This document shows, piece after piece, positions 15,990-26,334 of a stretch of DNA of 64,000 nucleotides (position 1 is its first letter; each line of letters begins with the position of its first letter). The notes beneath the pieces are model-generated. The model was not told the DNA's origin. It worked only from the letters and a program-made list of their open reading frames with translations, and searched no databases. This stretch comes from Actinomycetota bacterium (lineage in GTDB: Bacteria; Actinomycetota; Acidimicrobiia; IMCC26256; PALSA-610): assembly GCA_005779395.1 (NCBI GenBank), contig SXJP01000028.1:1-64000 (forward strand), in the 5' to 3' direction. The translations under genes were made by a program, and so were the position numbers.

Positions 15990-17792
15990 TTAGCGGTACG
16001 CGGCAGCCTGGATCGCGTAAAGCTCTGCGTACTGCCCGCCGTTAGCCATTAGCTCCTCGTGCGACCCGACTTCGGCAACGCGTGAGCCGTCGAGCACAAC
16101 GATCAGGTCTGCCATTCTGACAGTCGAGAATCTGTGCGAAACAAGCACCGTGATCCGGCCGTTTGTCTCTGTCGAAGCGCGCGACGCTGCTGCGAAGCGC
16201 TCGAACAGCGAGTGTTCCGTTTCGGCATCGAGAGCCGCAGTTGGTTCGTCGAGAATCAGAACGAGCGGATCGTCGCGCATAAACCCACGCGCCAGCGCGA
16301 ACTTCTGCCACTGGCCGAAGCTCACTTCGACACCCCCGTCCCATGTCGGCCCCAACTGGGTGTCTAGGCCATCCGGGAGATGCCCGATGACGTCGTTGGC
16401 GCCTGCACGATCAATCGCCACGCGAATGGCGTCAGTGTCCCCGATGCGCGGCTCGTCGCCCAACCCCACAGTTGTCTTGGCGTTGAACTCGAATCTGTAG
16501 AAGTCTTGGAAAGCACCTGCAAGCCGGGAACGCCAATCAGAGTTCGGCACCTTTGCAATGTCTGTTGCATCTGCGAGGATGCGGCCCGAGTCGGGCGAAT
16601 ATAGGCGTGCAAGAAGTTTGACGAGCGTGCTCTTACCTGCACCGTTTTCACCGACTACTGCGATCACTGCCCCTGCCGGCAAGAACAGGTTCACGTCGTC
16701 GAGGACGACACGATTGGCTCCAGGGTACGAAAACGTGATGTTCTCGAATCGGATGCCGTCGGTAAGGCGCAGTGGCGAGTCGAGATCCGCGTTTTCATCG
16801 AGACGGTTCGCGTAATCCTCAAGCCATGTAAGGCGCCGCGATGAATCGAGCCAGATACCTCGAAGGAAACCAAGTTCGCCGACAGCGGCGCCGACATAGT
16901 TGCTGAGGCGACTACCTGCTGTGAGCACAAGGATTATTGCGATAGTTCCGCCGTCAAGGCCGTCGGCGACGAATACAACAGCGCCGACGTAACCGCCGCT
17001 GAAACACAACCACGCAAGGCAGTGCCATAGCGCGCTCATCCATCGAGCCGTAGCTACTGGGCCATACCAAGCATCCCACGCGGCGCGTCTTTGCTCGACC
17101 AACAACTGAGCATTGCCGCTTACGCGAATTTCTTTGCCGGGAGGCGCAGTAGTTCCGACTATAAACAGATGACGAGCAAGCCGATTCTTAGTTGCCGCGC
17201 GCTCTTCCACTCTGCGTTCTACACCTGGTCGCCACGTCGAGGTGATCACCGTCGGGATCGCGAACAAACCAAGCAGGATCAGCGCGGGGTGAATTGACCC
17301 CAACAAAACGAGCGTGATCACAAGCCGAATAATCCAACCAGCCGTAGCGAACAACGACATAAAGAGATGGTCGAGCGCGAAGACCTGATCACGCAACATT
17401 GCGAGGCGATCGAGGTAATCCGGGCGCTCATGGTGTTCGACTGTTGCGACGGTCGCCTGAAGCCTCGCAACGTGCGACTCGAGTGCGACTGCGACCTTGT
17501 CACGAAACCTTCTCTGAACGCGGTCGAAGACGATCGTGAGAAACCAAGTCATTGTTGCGCTGATGCCAAGTCCGATGGCGGCGACGAAAATAAGTGTCCG
17601 GTCAGTTTCGAGCATTCCGTGCGCAAGCAGCGCTAGCCACAGCGCGATGAGCGCATCCGGGAGAGCGCTCAACAATGTCATCGCAAACGACAACAGCAAC
17701 ATTTTTGGCTCAGCCGAATATCCGAGTTTGACTGTGCGCCAAAGCGAATTAAGCGCTGGTGGGAGATCGCGGTCTGGCTCAGAGCTTTTCAT
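15990..17792 (-). CDS. ABC exporter with fused permease and ATPase
   Basis: N-terminal TMD, Walker A GENGAGKST, and the LSGGQ signature. Confidence 0.85.
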   Translation of the reverse strand: MKSSEPDRDLPPALNSLWRTVKLGYSAEPKMLLLSFAMTLLSALPDALIALWLALLAHGMLETDRTLIFVAAIGLGISATMTWFLTIVFDRVQRRFRDKVAVALESHVARLQATVATVEHHERPDYLDRLAMLRDQVFALDHLFMSLFATAGWIIRLVITLVLLGSIHPALILLGLFAIPTVITSTWRPGVERRVEERAATKNRLARHLFIVGTTAPPGKEIRVSGNAQLLVEQRRAAWDAWYGPVATARWMSALWHCLAWLCFSGGYVGAVVFVADGLDGGTIAIILVLTAGSRLSNYVGAAVGELGFLRGIWLDSSRRLTWLEDYANRLDENADLDSPLRLTDGIRFENITFSYPGANRVVLDDVNLFLPAGAVIAVVGENGAGKSTLVKLLARLYSPDSGRILADATDIAKVPNSDWRSRLAGAFQDFYRFEFNAKTTVGLGDEPRIGDTDAIRVAIDRAGANDVIGHLPDGLDTQLGPTWDGGVEVSFGQWQKFALARGFMRDDPLVLILDEPTAALDAETEHSLFERFAAASRASTETNGRITVLVSHRFSTVRMADLIVVLDGSRVAEVGSHEELMANGGQYAELYAIQAAAYR

Positions 17793-19593
17793 AGACCACC
17801 TCGTCGCCTTCTTCGTCTAGTTCGATGAAGCGACTCGCCTGGAGATCGAACATCGTGCGGTATCGACCGCTAGCAGCTATTAGTTCGTCGTGCGTTCCGA
17901 GTTCGACGACCTTGCCGTGTTCGAGTACGCAAATGCGGTCGGCAAGCCGAACGGTAGAGAACCGATGTGAGATCAAAATGGTTGTGCAACCGCGCGTGGC
18001 ACCCAGAATACGTTCAAAGATTTCGGACTCGCCGCGCACATCGAGTTGCGCGGTCGGCTCATCGAGCAGCACCACACCAGCGCCGAGACGCACAGCGCAT
18101 AAAGCTCTAGCAAGCGCTATTCGCTGCCATTGTCCGCCAGACAGATCGATCCCGCCGAAATACCCCTTGGCTAGAACTGTGTCGAGATCGGCGAGTTGAT
18201 CTGCTCCGGCTTCGAGTAAAGCAGCGAGAATCTCTTCGTCGGGAGCGCCCGAAGGCGCGACATTGTCGCGAAGTGAGAGTTCGTAGCGAACAAAATCTTG
18301 GAATACCGCTGTGACGGTCGAGCGCCACTCGGCGACGTCGAGGTCACGTAGATCTACGCCGTCGACCTCTACCGAGCCGTGCTGCGGGTCGTATAGACGA
18401 CACAGCAACTTGGCAAGGGTTGTCTTGCCGGCACCGTTCTGGCCGACGATTGCTAGCGAGGTTCCGGCAGGAATCGTGAGATCAAAATTTTCGAGAACTG
18501 GTCGGCTACTCGACTCGTACCCGAAGCTCAGATCGTGGAATCGAATTTCTCTTGCAACAGAGTCAGGTCTGCGAATGACGGCTGTCGCGCTCGCTGTGCC
18601 AGATAACGCTCCAGCTTCGGCCATCGATGATTCCAACCGGAGTACAGCAGCGACGGGGGCAGCGGCGCCGTCTAACGCCCAACTCCATCCGCCGAATGCG
18701 ATCGTGAACGTGCCCGCGGCAACGCTCATGTAGACGATTACAGCAGCGAGACTCAACTGCCCATTTGCTGCGTCGTTGCCAAGTGACCAAAAAACAGCGA
18801 CGTTCGCAGCTAGCACGACTACTAGCGCACCGGCAACAGACCGTTCACGCAACCGCGTCGCGTTGCGTTGTAGGTCGAACAAGGTCGTGCGTACAGTGAC
18901 GAAGCGATCGATGACCCACGGCGCCAGGCCGAACAGACGGATCTCCTTTGCTGCCGGAGCGTCGACTGCCAACCGATACGCATATTCGGCGTGCCGCTGA
19001 GCCGAGCGAACTTCGTCTGTATTGCGGTCACGCCAGACGGCACTTTCGCGCAACATCCAATGCGTGCTCAGCCACCCGCCTGCAAGAACTAGCGGCGCCC
19101 ACCATGAGTAGTTGAACAGGATTGCGGCTGCCACTAGCCCACCGAACAGGCGACCTAACCCGCTAGCGATGAAGTCCATCGAGATATGTAGCGGCGGACC
19201 CATGATGCCCAGGTCAAAGTCCCTCGCCATCGTCAGATCGTGCGTAAGTTCTGGGCGTTCGAGATGGCCCATGCCCGGTGGGGCTGTGGTTGCGACCATG
19301 AGACGATCGCTCAACCACGCCGACAAGCGGCTACCTAAGTTGAGTCCTACGACTTGGTGCAACGGCACGATCATCGAAAAGACGATGAACGTGATGCCAA
19401 CGAAAACGAGTGATCCCGTGATCGGCTCGCCATTGTCGAGCGCTCCGATCAGCGAGCCGGTCGCAACGGCTAACAGGGCCGGCAGCACTGAGCGCACAAT
19501 CAACATTGCCCACCAAGTAACGGCGAGAGCTGGCGCGGCGCGATACAGCGATGCGAAGAACTGGTGTTCCTGTCGTGCCTGAAGCTGTTTCAC
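17779..19593 (-). CDS. ABC exporter with fused permease and ATPase, heterodimer partner of the downstream gene
   Basis: GQNGAGKTT Walker A and LSGGQWQRIALARAL. It overlaps the partner gene by 14 nt. Confidence 0.85.
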   Translation of the reverse strand: MKQLQARQEHQFFASLYRAAPALAVTWWAMLIVRSVLPALLAVATGSLIGALDNGEPITGSLVFVGITFIVFSMIVPLHQVVGLNLGSRLSAWLSDRLMVATTAPPGMGHLERPELTHDLTMARDFDLGIMGPPLHISMDFIASGLGRLFGGLVAAAILFNYSWWAPLVLAGGWLSTHWMLRESAVWRDRNTDEVRSAQRHAEYAYRLAVDAPAAKEIRLFGLAPWVIDRFVTVRTTLFDLQRNATRLRERSVAGALVVVLAANVAVFWSLGNDAANGQLSLAAVIVYMSVAAGTFTIAFGGWSWALDGAAAPVAAVLRLESSMAEAGALSGTASATAVIRRPDSVAREIRFHDLSFGYESSSRPVLENFDLTIPAGTSLAIVGQNGAGKTTLAKLLCRLYDPQHGSVEVDGVDLRDLDVAEWRSTVTAVFQDFVRYELSLRDNVAPSGAPDEEILAALLEAGADQLADLDTVLAKGYFGGIDLSGGQWQRIALARALCAVRLGAGVVLLDEPTAQLDVRGESEIFERILGATRGCTTILISHRFSTVRLADRICVLEHGKVVELGTHDELIAASGRYRTMFDLQASRFIELDEEGDEVVYEKL

Positions 19594-19656
19594 AGGCGTG
19601 CATCCTCACACACGGATACGCCCGCGAAACGACTCTACGTTGAGTTTTTTGAGTAT

Positions 19657-20214
19657 TTAGACGACGCGCCCGAGCAACGCTGCTAGCCGATCGGCGTTGC
19701 TAGAGCCCGCTGGGGCTACCTGCTCGACACCGAATGGCGCACCTTCGGGTCCGCGGAACGCGTCTTGTATCGCCATCTTGGCAACGGCGTGCATCTTTTC
19801 CGAGAGTTCAGGCGCAAGATCGGTTGACTGACCAGTGGCACGCGCGAGATCCCAACCGTGCGTGAGGACATCTGTAGTCGCAAGACTTATGAAGGCACTG
19901 CCAGGGAACTGACCGAACGGCAACGTAAGGATTTTTTCCATCACGCCTTCGCCACTAAATGCCGCGACTGATACCGCACTCGCCTCGTCGAATGCCGAGA
20001 GAAAGTCGCCGCCAGCGAACCCGCCACCGCCGTCGGTCGGAGGCGTACCGTTGACTCCAGCAGCAAAGAAATAGTGGCCGCCGACAATGTGATCGATGAG
20101 GTCACTCACTTTCCAAGACGCGCATGGAGTTGCGAGGTCTAGTTGGTCTTTGCTGGTAGCCGCAAGGACTCGCCGAGTTGTTGCAATTGCTTCCTTCAAT
20201 GACGCGATATCCAT
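19657..20214 (-). CDS. Protein carrying a mycothiol-dependent maleylpyruvate isomerase N-terminal domain (DinB-like, TIGR03083-type)
   Basis: PCASWKVSDLIDHIVGGHYFF motif. Confidence 0.6.
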   Translation of the reverse strand: MDIASLKEAIATTRRVLAATSKDQLDLATPCASWKVSDLIDHIVGGHYFFAAGVNGTPPTDGGGGFAGGDFLSAFDEASAVSVAAFSGEGVMEKILTLPFGQFPGSAFISLATTDVLTHGWDLARATGQSTDLAPELSEKMHAVAKMAIQDAFRGPEGAPFGVEQVAPAGSSNADRLAALLGRVV

Positions 20215-20290
20215 TGGATTCCCCTTCGTCGACGATTTGTTTGCTTGAAAGTATCAGCGAGATGGCCCATGGCCAATAGCGCGTTGTTGA

Positions 20291-22039
20291 TCAGTGCACC
20301 GGGTCCCGCCGACTGACAATGATCAGCTTGCCGCATTTAGGTTTTTGACCAAGTGTCGCTTCATCAACAGACTTGCCACCTACAAGCAGTTGCGTTACGA
20401 GTGCAGTCCACACGTCGCACTTCACCCGTTCGGCTGGCTTGAGCTCGTCAAGCCGTACAACCACCTCCGCGCCTTCTGCGGGGTGGATGCTCGCGGTATC
20501 GGTTGCGACGTTGATTACTAATTCATAGCCATCACCGTCCGCGTACGTTCGGTGATCTCCAACTATGTAGCCCTCATCAGGGATCGCGAATACGTTCATG
20601 CCACGCTTCTCAAGTTCGAGTAGCAAGCCCTTCGAAACGAGTTCGGCTTCGAGGCTCCCTTGACCGATAATCACTCTCGGTAAGACCGACCCGTCATATT
20701 CGATCAGGCTCTCTGCGATTCTCGGAACAAAACGATCGAAGGTATCGGCGTTTACCGGATTACTGATTCCGCGCACTACTGCTGGGCCGAGTACAACGGC
20801 GCAGACAACTAACGCCGCAACGCTCTTCGAGAGTCGTTGAATGTTTCGGGGTATCCCCTCGATTTCGCGAAGCTCGAAATTGCGATCAATCCATCGCGCT
20901 GCGCCCACGACGATGATCGTCACTGTCCACCAGCCGACTACCGCTACCCAGCGGACCAAATAGTTGTAGAGGTACCCCTCGATAGATCCAACCGCGATGA
21001 CGGCGGCGAATGTCAGGGAACTGGCCAGCGCAACTCCGGCTTGTACAACACGGTCGCCCTCTCGAATCGCTACGACTGCGACGCCAACGAGACCGATTAG
21101 AACTACTGGGGCGGCGTAGGTGTGCGCGCGGACGACATCTCCAGTGAAGGCGTGCGACTCGCCGATTCCCCGCCACCATGACCCTGCTATTCCGAATTCG
21201 TTGCTCATCATGCGCAGCCCGAACGCCGTCCCGCGGGGATTGTGGCGACCGGTGAAGAACTCGAACATCTTCGAAATATTGCCTTCTGATCCTTCGCGAA
21301 AATGTTCGACTAGCGGAGGCAACCACGCAATAAGCCCGACTGTGAATGCCAATAGAAAATCTGTGCGAGAGAACCGCTGCTTCGAATCAGACGGATCACG
21401 CACAAGCAGCTGGAATCCGACCCCAGCGATCAGCATTGTGAATACCGGCAATACGAATCCGACATGGGCTTGGACAATGAAACTCGCTAGGAACACAATC
21501 AGCCAGAGTGGTTGTCGAGTGCCACTAGCCAACGCCCACAACAAGGCGACAAGCCATGCGAACGGCAAGAGCGGAACATCTGGATTCCATGGGCTCACCC
21601 AGAATTCGCCGCCGAGCGATGCCACCAACAGCACAAGCGGGATCACGGCAACGACGAGTGCGCTTCCTAGAACTTTCTTGACCGTCGAAGCGATACCAAC
21701 AACACTTCCAATCGCGATCAGACCAGCAACAACTTGCAACGCGACCGATCGCTCTCCGAAAAGTTCATAGAACGGAGCGAACACCCAATAGAGCAGAGGT
21801 CCAGGATGCGACCACCCAAATCGAGAAAAAGCCCCGAGTTGAACGCCAGGCGAAAACACGTCACGAACGCGGAGTTCGATAACAGCGATATCCCCATTAG
21901 CCACATAGTCACCAAGAATGACTGTCGCGATTCGAGCCAGGATCACGACGAAGGTCGCCGCAATTAGGCATTGAGAAGGATCACAGGAAGTGACTAGTTC
22001 TACCGATCGTGACCCGAAGCGACGAAATCGGGGACCCAT
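20291..22039 (-). CDS. Large polytopic membrane protein with a C-terminal soluble domain, function unknown
   Basis: At least 10 hydrophobic segments, then a roughly 150-aa C-terminal domain. Confidence 0.55.
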   Translation of the reverse strand: MGPRFRRFGSRSVELVTSCDPSQCLIAATFVVILARIATVILGDYVANGDIAVIELRVRDVFSPGVQLGAFSRFGWSHPGPLLYWVFAPFYELFGERSVALQVVAGLIAIGSVVGIASTVKKVLGSALVVAVIPLVLLVASLGGEFWVSPWNPDVPLLPFAWLVALLWALASGTRQPLWLIVFLASFIVQAHVGFVLPVFTMLIAGVGFQLLVRDPSDSKQRFSRTDFLLAFTVGLIAWLPPLVEHFREGSEGNISKMFEFFTGRHNPRGTAFGLRMMSNEFGIAGSWWRGIGESHAFTGDVVRAHTYAAPVVLIGLVGVAVVAIREGDRVVQAGVALASSLTFAAVIAVGSIEGYLYNYLVRWVAVVGWWTVTIIVVGAARWIDRNFELREIEGIPRNIQRLSKSVAALVVCAVVLGPAVVRGISNPVNADTFDRFVPRIAESLIEYDGSVLPRVIIGQGSLEAELVSKGLLLELEKRGMNVFAIPDEGYIVGDHRTYADGDGYELVINVATDTASIHPAEGAEVVVRLDELKPAERVKCDVWTALVTQLLVGGKSVDEATLGQKPKCGKLIIVSRRDPVH

Positions 22040-22115
22040 GGTCGTTGACGGTAGCCGTGGCGCCTCAAGTCGGATTCACCAGAGCGAGAGACTTGAGGCG
22101 CCCGATACGTTGCGA

Positions 22116-22718
22116 CTACTCAACAATCGCGTTGCGTGGACTCTTGATTGCGTGCACTGCACCAGCTATCGATGCGAGCAGCAACACGAACGCCACGAGG
22201 AAACACACGATGGCTGCTTGGTCGGCCTTGCGTCCGAATTCACTGAACCCGTATGAAGTCAGGAGTAGGCCTCGCAGTGATTCGCCTCGGAACAACGATT
22301 GCACCTTGCCTTCAAGTGTTGCGGCCGTTGCTTCTAGAGCCTCGTCAGGAGTGCCGTCTTCAGCTGCTGCGATCGCCTCGGCACGCGCTGCGCGCGCCGC
22401 GCCTGAAGTTTGCGAGTAGGTCTGTCCATCGTTCACTGCCTTGAGGTGCAGCCCGATGTACTCGTTGGCATAACACTCCGCTTGCTTGCCTGTCGTCAAC
22501 GCACTGCCAGCGTTGTCAGCAAGGCAACTCCTTTTCTTCTCTTCATCTGAGAGGTTTGCAGCTGGTGTGAATGAGATCTTCTGAGCAGACAGTTGGTCGT
22601 GCACGTAGTCGCTCGCGAAGTTCGCGTTTGACGTCAGGACAGTGCCAAGCACAAACAAGAGCACAGCGAGCACGAGCCCACCCACAGCAAAGAACTTGTC
22701 AAGTGTTGAGCGACGCAT
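22116..22718 (-). CDS. Hypothetical membrane protein with two TM helices
   Basis: N- and C-terminal TM helices flanking a soluble domain. Confidence 0.5.
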   Translation of the reverse strand: MRRSTLDKFFAVGGLVLAVLLFVLGTVLTSNANFASDYVHDQLSAQKISFTPAANLSDEEKKRSCLADNAGSALTTGKQAECYANEYIGLHLKAVNDGQTYSQTSGAARAARAEAIAAAEDGTPDEALEATAATLEGKVQSLFRGESLRGLLLTSYGFSEFGRKADQAAIVCFLVAFVLLLASIAGAVHAIKSPRNAIVE

Positions 22719-22884
22719 GGGACCCCTCCATTGCTAGAGAATCAAGTGACACTTCTCACTCTCTGCGCTCACGGAAGCAGTTGCGAGTGTCATCGTGCCT
22801 ATTGGCGGAGCCAAAAGGCCACAAGGCTGAAGGGCCAAACGTCCCGAACTACCCTTCGCAACACTGCGCATTCGATCCGGCCTA

Positions 22885-23268
22885 TCAGCCAGGCTGAGTC
22901 AACTCAATGACATTGCCGTCAAGGTCTTTATAGCGAGACGACCGGCCCCACGGTTGCGCGATCGGATCGTGCAGGACCTCGGCTCCGGCAGCCACTGCCG
23001 TTGTGTGAGCCGACTCGGTGTCCTCGACTCGGAATGCGATTTGCGCACCGCTCGTGGTGGTGCCGTCCTTGCTCGCGTACAGGGCGAAGTCCATCAACTC
23101 GCTCCCGGTCCACGAAATCGCTGCATGTCTGCCACTAGCCCACGGGTTGTCGCCATCATGGTCGCTCAAGCGGAACACAAGTCCGAATGCTTCTGAGTAA
23201 AGCTGCATAGAACGATCAAGATCCGCGACTGTGAACACAACAGTCACTATGCGCCGAGATTCGATCAT
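22885..23268 (-). CDS. VOC (glyoxalase/bleomycin-resistance) family protein
   Basis: The IVTVVFTVADLDRSMQLYSEAFG beta-alpha-beta-beta-beta module. The start was trimmed to MIESRR. Confidence 0.7.
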   Translation of the reverse strand: MIESRRIVTVVFTVADLDRSMQLYSEAFGLVFRLSDHDGDNPWASGRHAAISWTGSELMDFALYASKDGTTTSGAQIAFRVEDTESAHTTAVAAGAEVLHDPIAQPWGRSSRYKDLDGNVIELTQPG

Positions 23269-23436
23269 CGCAATAGAGGTGCTCAGAGATACAGCAATGG
23301 CAACTCCGCGCACCCTTCGAACGTCGAACTACGAAGTCCATTTGGCGGACGAAGCAATTGACATGGGTCGGCGTAAGTGGCTACTGTGTCAATTTGCTGT
23401 CAGCAAAACTGACAAAATATTTACTGGAGGCAATAT

Positions 23437-24256
23437 GTTTTCGGTCGGGCGCAAAGCCGGGTACTTGGGCTGTGTATTCGTTTATATGCTTTCGGCTTGC
23501 GCCGATGATGGCACGAAGATCGACGCGAATAACAGCACCTCTGCGCCGCCAACTACTCACGAGACCGCCGCACATGGCGAAACACCGCATTGGACCTACG
23601 CAGAGGCCGAAGAGTGGGGCGAACTCTCTGAAGAGTTCGCAACTTGTGAATCTGGGACGCACCAGTCGCCCATCGACCTGGCAGGCGAAGAACCAGCAGA
23701 CCTCCCTAACGCCACGATTAAGTACACACCAGCATCAGGCACAGTCGTCAACAACGGTCACACGATCCAGGTGGATGTAAGCGGTGCCGGCGGCATCGTC
23801 CTCGACGGCACGAGCTACGAACTAGTTCAATACCACTTCCACGGACCGAGTGAACACACTGTTGACGGCAAGGTCTTTCCGCTCGAGGGCCACCTCGTGC
23901 ACAAGACCTCTGACGGGAATCTTGCGGTAATCGGGTTCCTCGTCGATGAAGGTGCGCAAGACAACCCTGCATTCGACTCTCTCATTGCGGGCCTTCCCGC
24001 TAGCAGCGAGCCAACATCGCTTGAGTCAAACGTCGACCCGAACGCGATGCTCCCAGGCGCTCACTCGGCATTCCGTTACGACGGTTCGCTCACAACGCCG
24101 CCGTGTAGCGAAGGCGTCGAGTGGACCGTGCTCGCCACACCGATAACGATGAGCGCAGCTCAGATAGCAGCGATCACCGACGGACTAGCAGAACCAAACA
24201 ACCGGCCGGTGCAATCGCTCAACGACCGAGAGCTAGCTCTGGACATCACGGACTAG
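23437..24256 (+). CDS. Alpha-class carbonic anhydrase, lipoprotein
   Basis: GGAGG SD. LSAC lipobox. QSPIDL, YHFHGPSEH and SLTTPPCSEGVEW motifs. Confidence 0.85.
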
Positions 24257-24289
24257 CGCGAAACAGTCACGCCGAATTTCTTGAAGCGA

Positions 24290-25138
24290 CTATGCGACTC
24301 TTGTAACCCACAAATTTGGTAGGTCATGACAGAGCCCCGTGCCGTTATTATCACCGAACTCGTTGCAGCGTTGGCCCTCAAGTGCCTTCCGGTCAACAGC
24401 GCTGTTAGCGATCCAAATGTTGGCGGAGCAAGGAAGCACGATCTGCATCGTCTTGCCCGGCCCTAGGTCAATCTGGTTCTTGTCGCTGAACGCGACCTCG
24501 TTCGAGTCATACCACCAGTCTTGTCCGTACATAGGGTCGGATGCGCGATAGTTCGGCAAATCAGACATCTGCCAACGCCAGTTAAGGAATGCAGTGACCT
24601 TGTCACTCTTGTTTGTCACTTTCAGGACACGCGCATTCATATATAGCAGGTCGAGGTACTGATTCGCTGCCGACGTGTTGACATCATCCTTATTCAGAAA
24701 CCAATTGGCCTTGAAGGCCTTGTAAACGGGACGTTCCGGCGCCGGAGCGACACTCGTGTAAACATTTGCGGCCGGACCCTTATTGTCAGCCCATATGTGG
24801 TCCATTTGACATGGAAACGACAGCGTTTTGTTCTTGCCAGAGTCGAGGTGGAAAAAGAACCATGATCCCGTGTACGCACCGTGCGACGAACGCCAGTTGA
24901 TCTGATTCCCATAAGAGCCACTCCTGTTCTCAAACTTTATTGCAGACGTATTCGTCCAGTGGGCTGCGCCCGACGCGTCGGGGATCATCGCAGGTGCGCA
25001 CAGCTCCGTATCATTGTTGCAAGGAGTTGTGGCGGTCCCAGCCAACTTGCCACCATCGCCTGCTACGCGCCAGAGCGCTACTCCACCCAACATCAGCAAT
25101 ATCACCAACGAAATCAGCATTTTCTTGTGACGGCGCAT
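24290..25138 (-). CDS. Secreted protein of unknown function, rich in W, N, K and Y and with lower GC than the flanks
   Basis: N-terminal signal/TM (LISLVILLMLGGVALW). Local GC is about 50-52% against about 60% in the flanks. No recognisable motif. Confidence 0.55.
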   Translation of the reverse strand: MRRHKKMLISLVILLMLGGVALWRVAGDGGKLAGTATTPCNNDTELCAPAMIPDASGAAHWTNTSAIKFENRSGSYGNQINWRSSHGAYTGSWFFFHLDSGKNKTLSFPCQMDHIWADNKGPAANVYTSVAPAPERPVYKAFKANWFLNKDDVNTSAANQYLDLLYMNARVLKVTNKSDKVTAFLNWRWQMSDLPNYRASDPMYGQDWWYDSNEVAFSDKNQIDLGPGKTMQIVLPCSANIWIANSAVDRKALEGQRCNEFGDNNGTGLCHDLPNLWVTRVA

Positions 25139-25285
25139 CGGGTCTCTCCATTCGTGGTCTAAGTGAAATGTTCAGACTCTCGATTTCAAGGTCGATAGTA
25201 TGTCACATTATAACATGCAGACTGCCAGTATACCCCCCGCCTTCGGATAGCAAATCAGATCACGCCAGAGCGAGCGTCCGTCGCC

Positions 25286-25486
25286 GTGTCTCGCAACCTC
25301 ACGATGCCTCTTCTACGTGTGCAGCTACGACCGCTGCTTTCGGAGGCATGGACTTTGCGCGACAACATCACGATCGCCGACGCGTTGTACGTCGTCGTGG
25401 CCCGTCACCTCCGCGCTCCGCTAATCACCACTGATGCGAGGCTCGCGGCGTCGCGGGCCGAAGGCGTGAACTTCATGGTTCCGTAG
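25286..25486 (+). pseudogene. vapC: C-terminal fragment of a PIN-domain VapC toxin
   Basis: ITIADALYVVVARHLRAPLITTDARL matches a PIN C-terminus. The N-terminal catalytic part is absent. Confidence 0.45.
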
Positions 25487-25576
25487 ACAGCGATCACCGA
25501 CGGTAAAGCAGAACCAAACAACCGACCAGTGCAACCACTCAACGACCGAGAACTAGCGCTCGAAACCACCGACTAA
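25487..25576 (+). repeat. Second, diverged copy (about 84% identical) of the last 89 nt of the carbonic anhydrase gene, including an in-frame stop
   Basis: Aligns to 24168..24256. It encodes AITDGKAEPNNRPVQPLNDRELALETTD* where the intact gene has AITDGLAEPNNRPVQSLNDRELALDITD*. Confidence 0.6.
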
Positions 25577-26187
25577 CGGGATCTCGGAAAAACCTTGAGC
25601 AGTCAGGCCGCGTCGCGGCGCAACAGGTCCCTGTAGCGGTCGACCGGCCCCGGCAGCGGCCGGACCCACACCATTTCAGCCTCTAGCTGAACTGCTTGAG
25701 CCACTGCGCGAGTCGTTCCCGAACGTCGTCGCAGCAGCGTTACTCACAGGGCTCATCGGGGGGACGATCCGCCCTAATGCATTCGAACCGAAAACGATCA
25801 GCCACGCCGAGGCCGCGGAGTTGTCGCCGCCACTCATTGCCGACGACGAGTTACACGGTGCCTCACGATCGGTTCGTCGGCCCGCAAACGTCCTGCTATT
25901 TGGCGCGTTCTTATGGGCATTCCCAATCGTTGGTTTCGCCCTCTGGCAAGGGACGAACAGCACGCTGTTCAAACAAGCCACGTTCGTCGTCACATGGGTG
26001 ACGTATGTTCCCTGTTTTCTGTGGTTTTCCTAGGCGGGCCGTGGTGATCGCCATCGCTTCTACGATCCTGCTCTACCGTTACAAACTCAGCATTGCTCGC
26101 GTCGTTCTGATCTCTGGCATCTTCGGAGGGCTGCTCTACTTCGTCGGCTGAAAAAAACACACCGGACGTGTAACCGGGCGACAACTT

Positions 26188-26263
26188 TGGTGGAGGTGAC
26201 CGGACTCGAACCGACGACTTCTACGATGCGAACGTAGCGCTCTACCAGCTGAGCTACACCCCC
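26188..26263 (-). tRNA. tRNA-Ala (anticodon CGC)
   Basis: 76-nt cloverleaf GGGGGTGTAGCTCAGCTGGTAGAGCG...TCCACCA with the G3:U70 identity pair. The anticodon loop is TTCGCAT. The CCA end is encoded. Confidence 0.9.
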
Positions 26264-26334
26264 AAAACCAGAAGCGCACGATACCAGAAGGCATTTTCAA
26301 GTCCTCGGCTCGCGGTCGGTGCACGTGGCGACCT

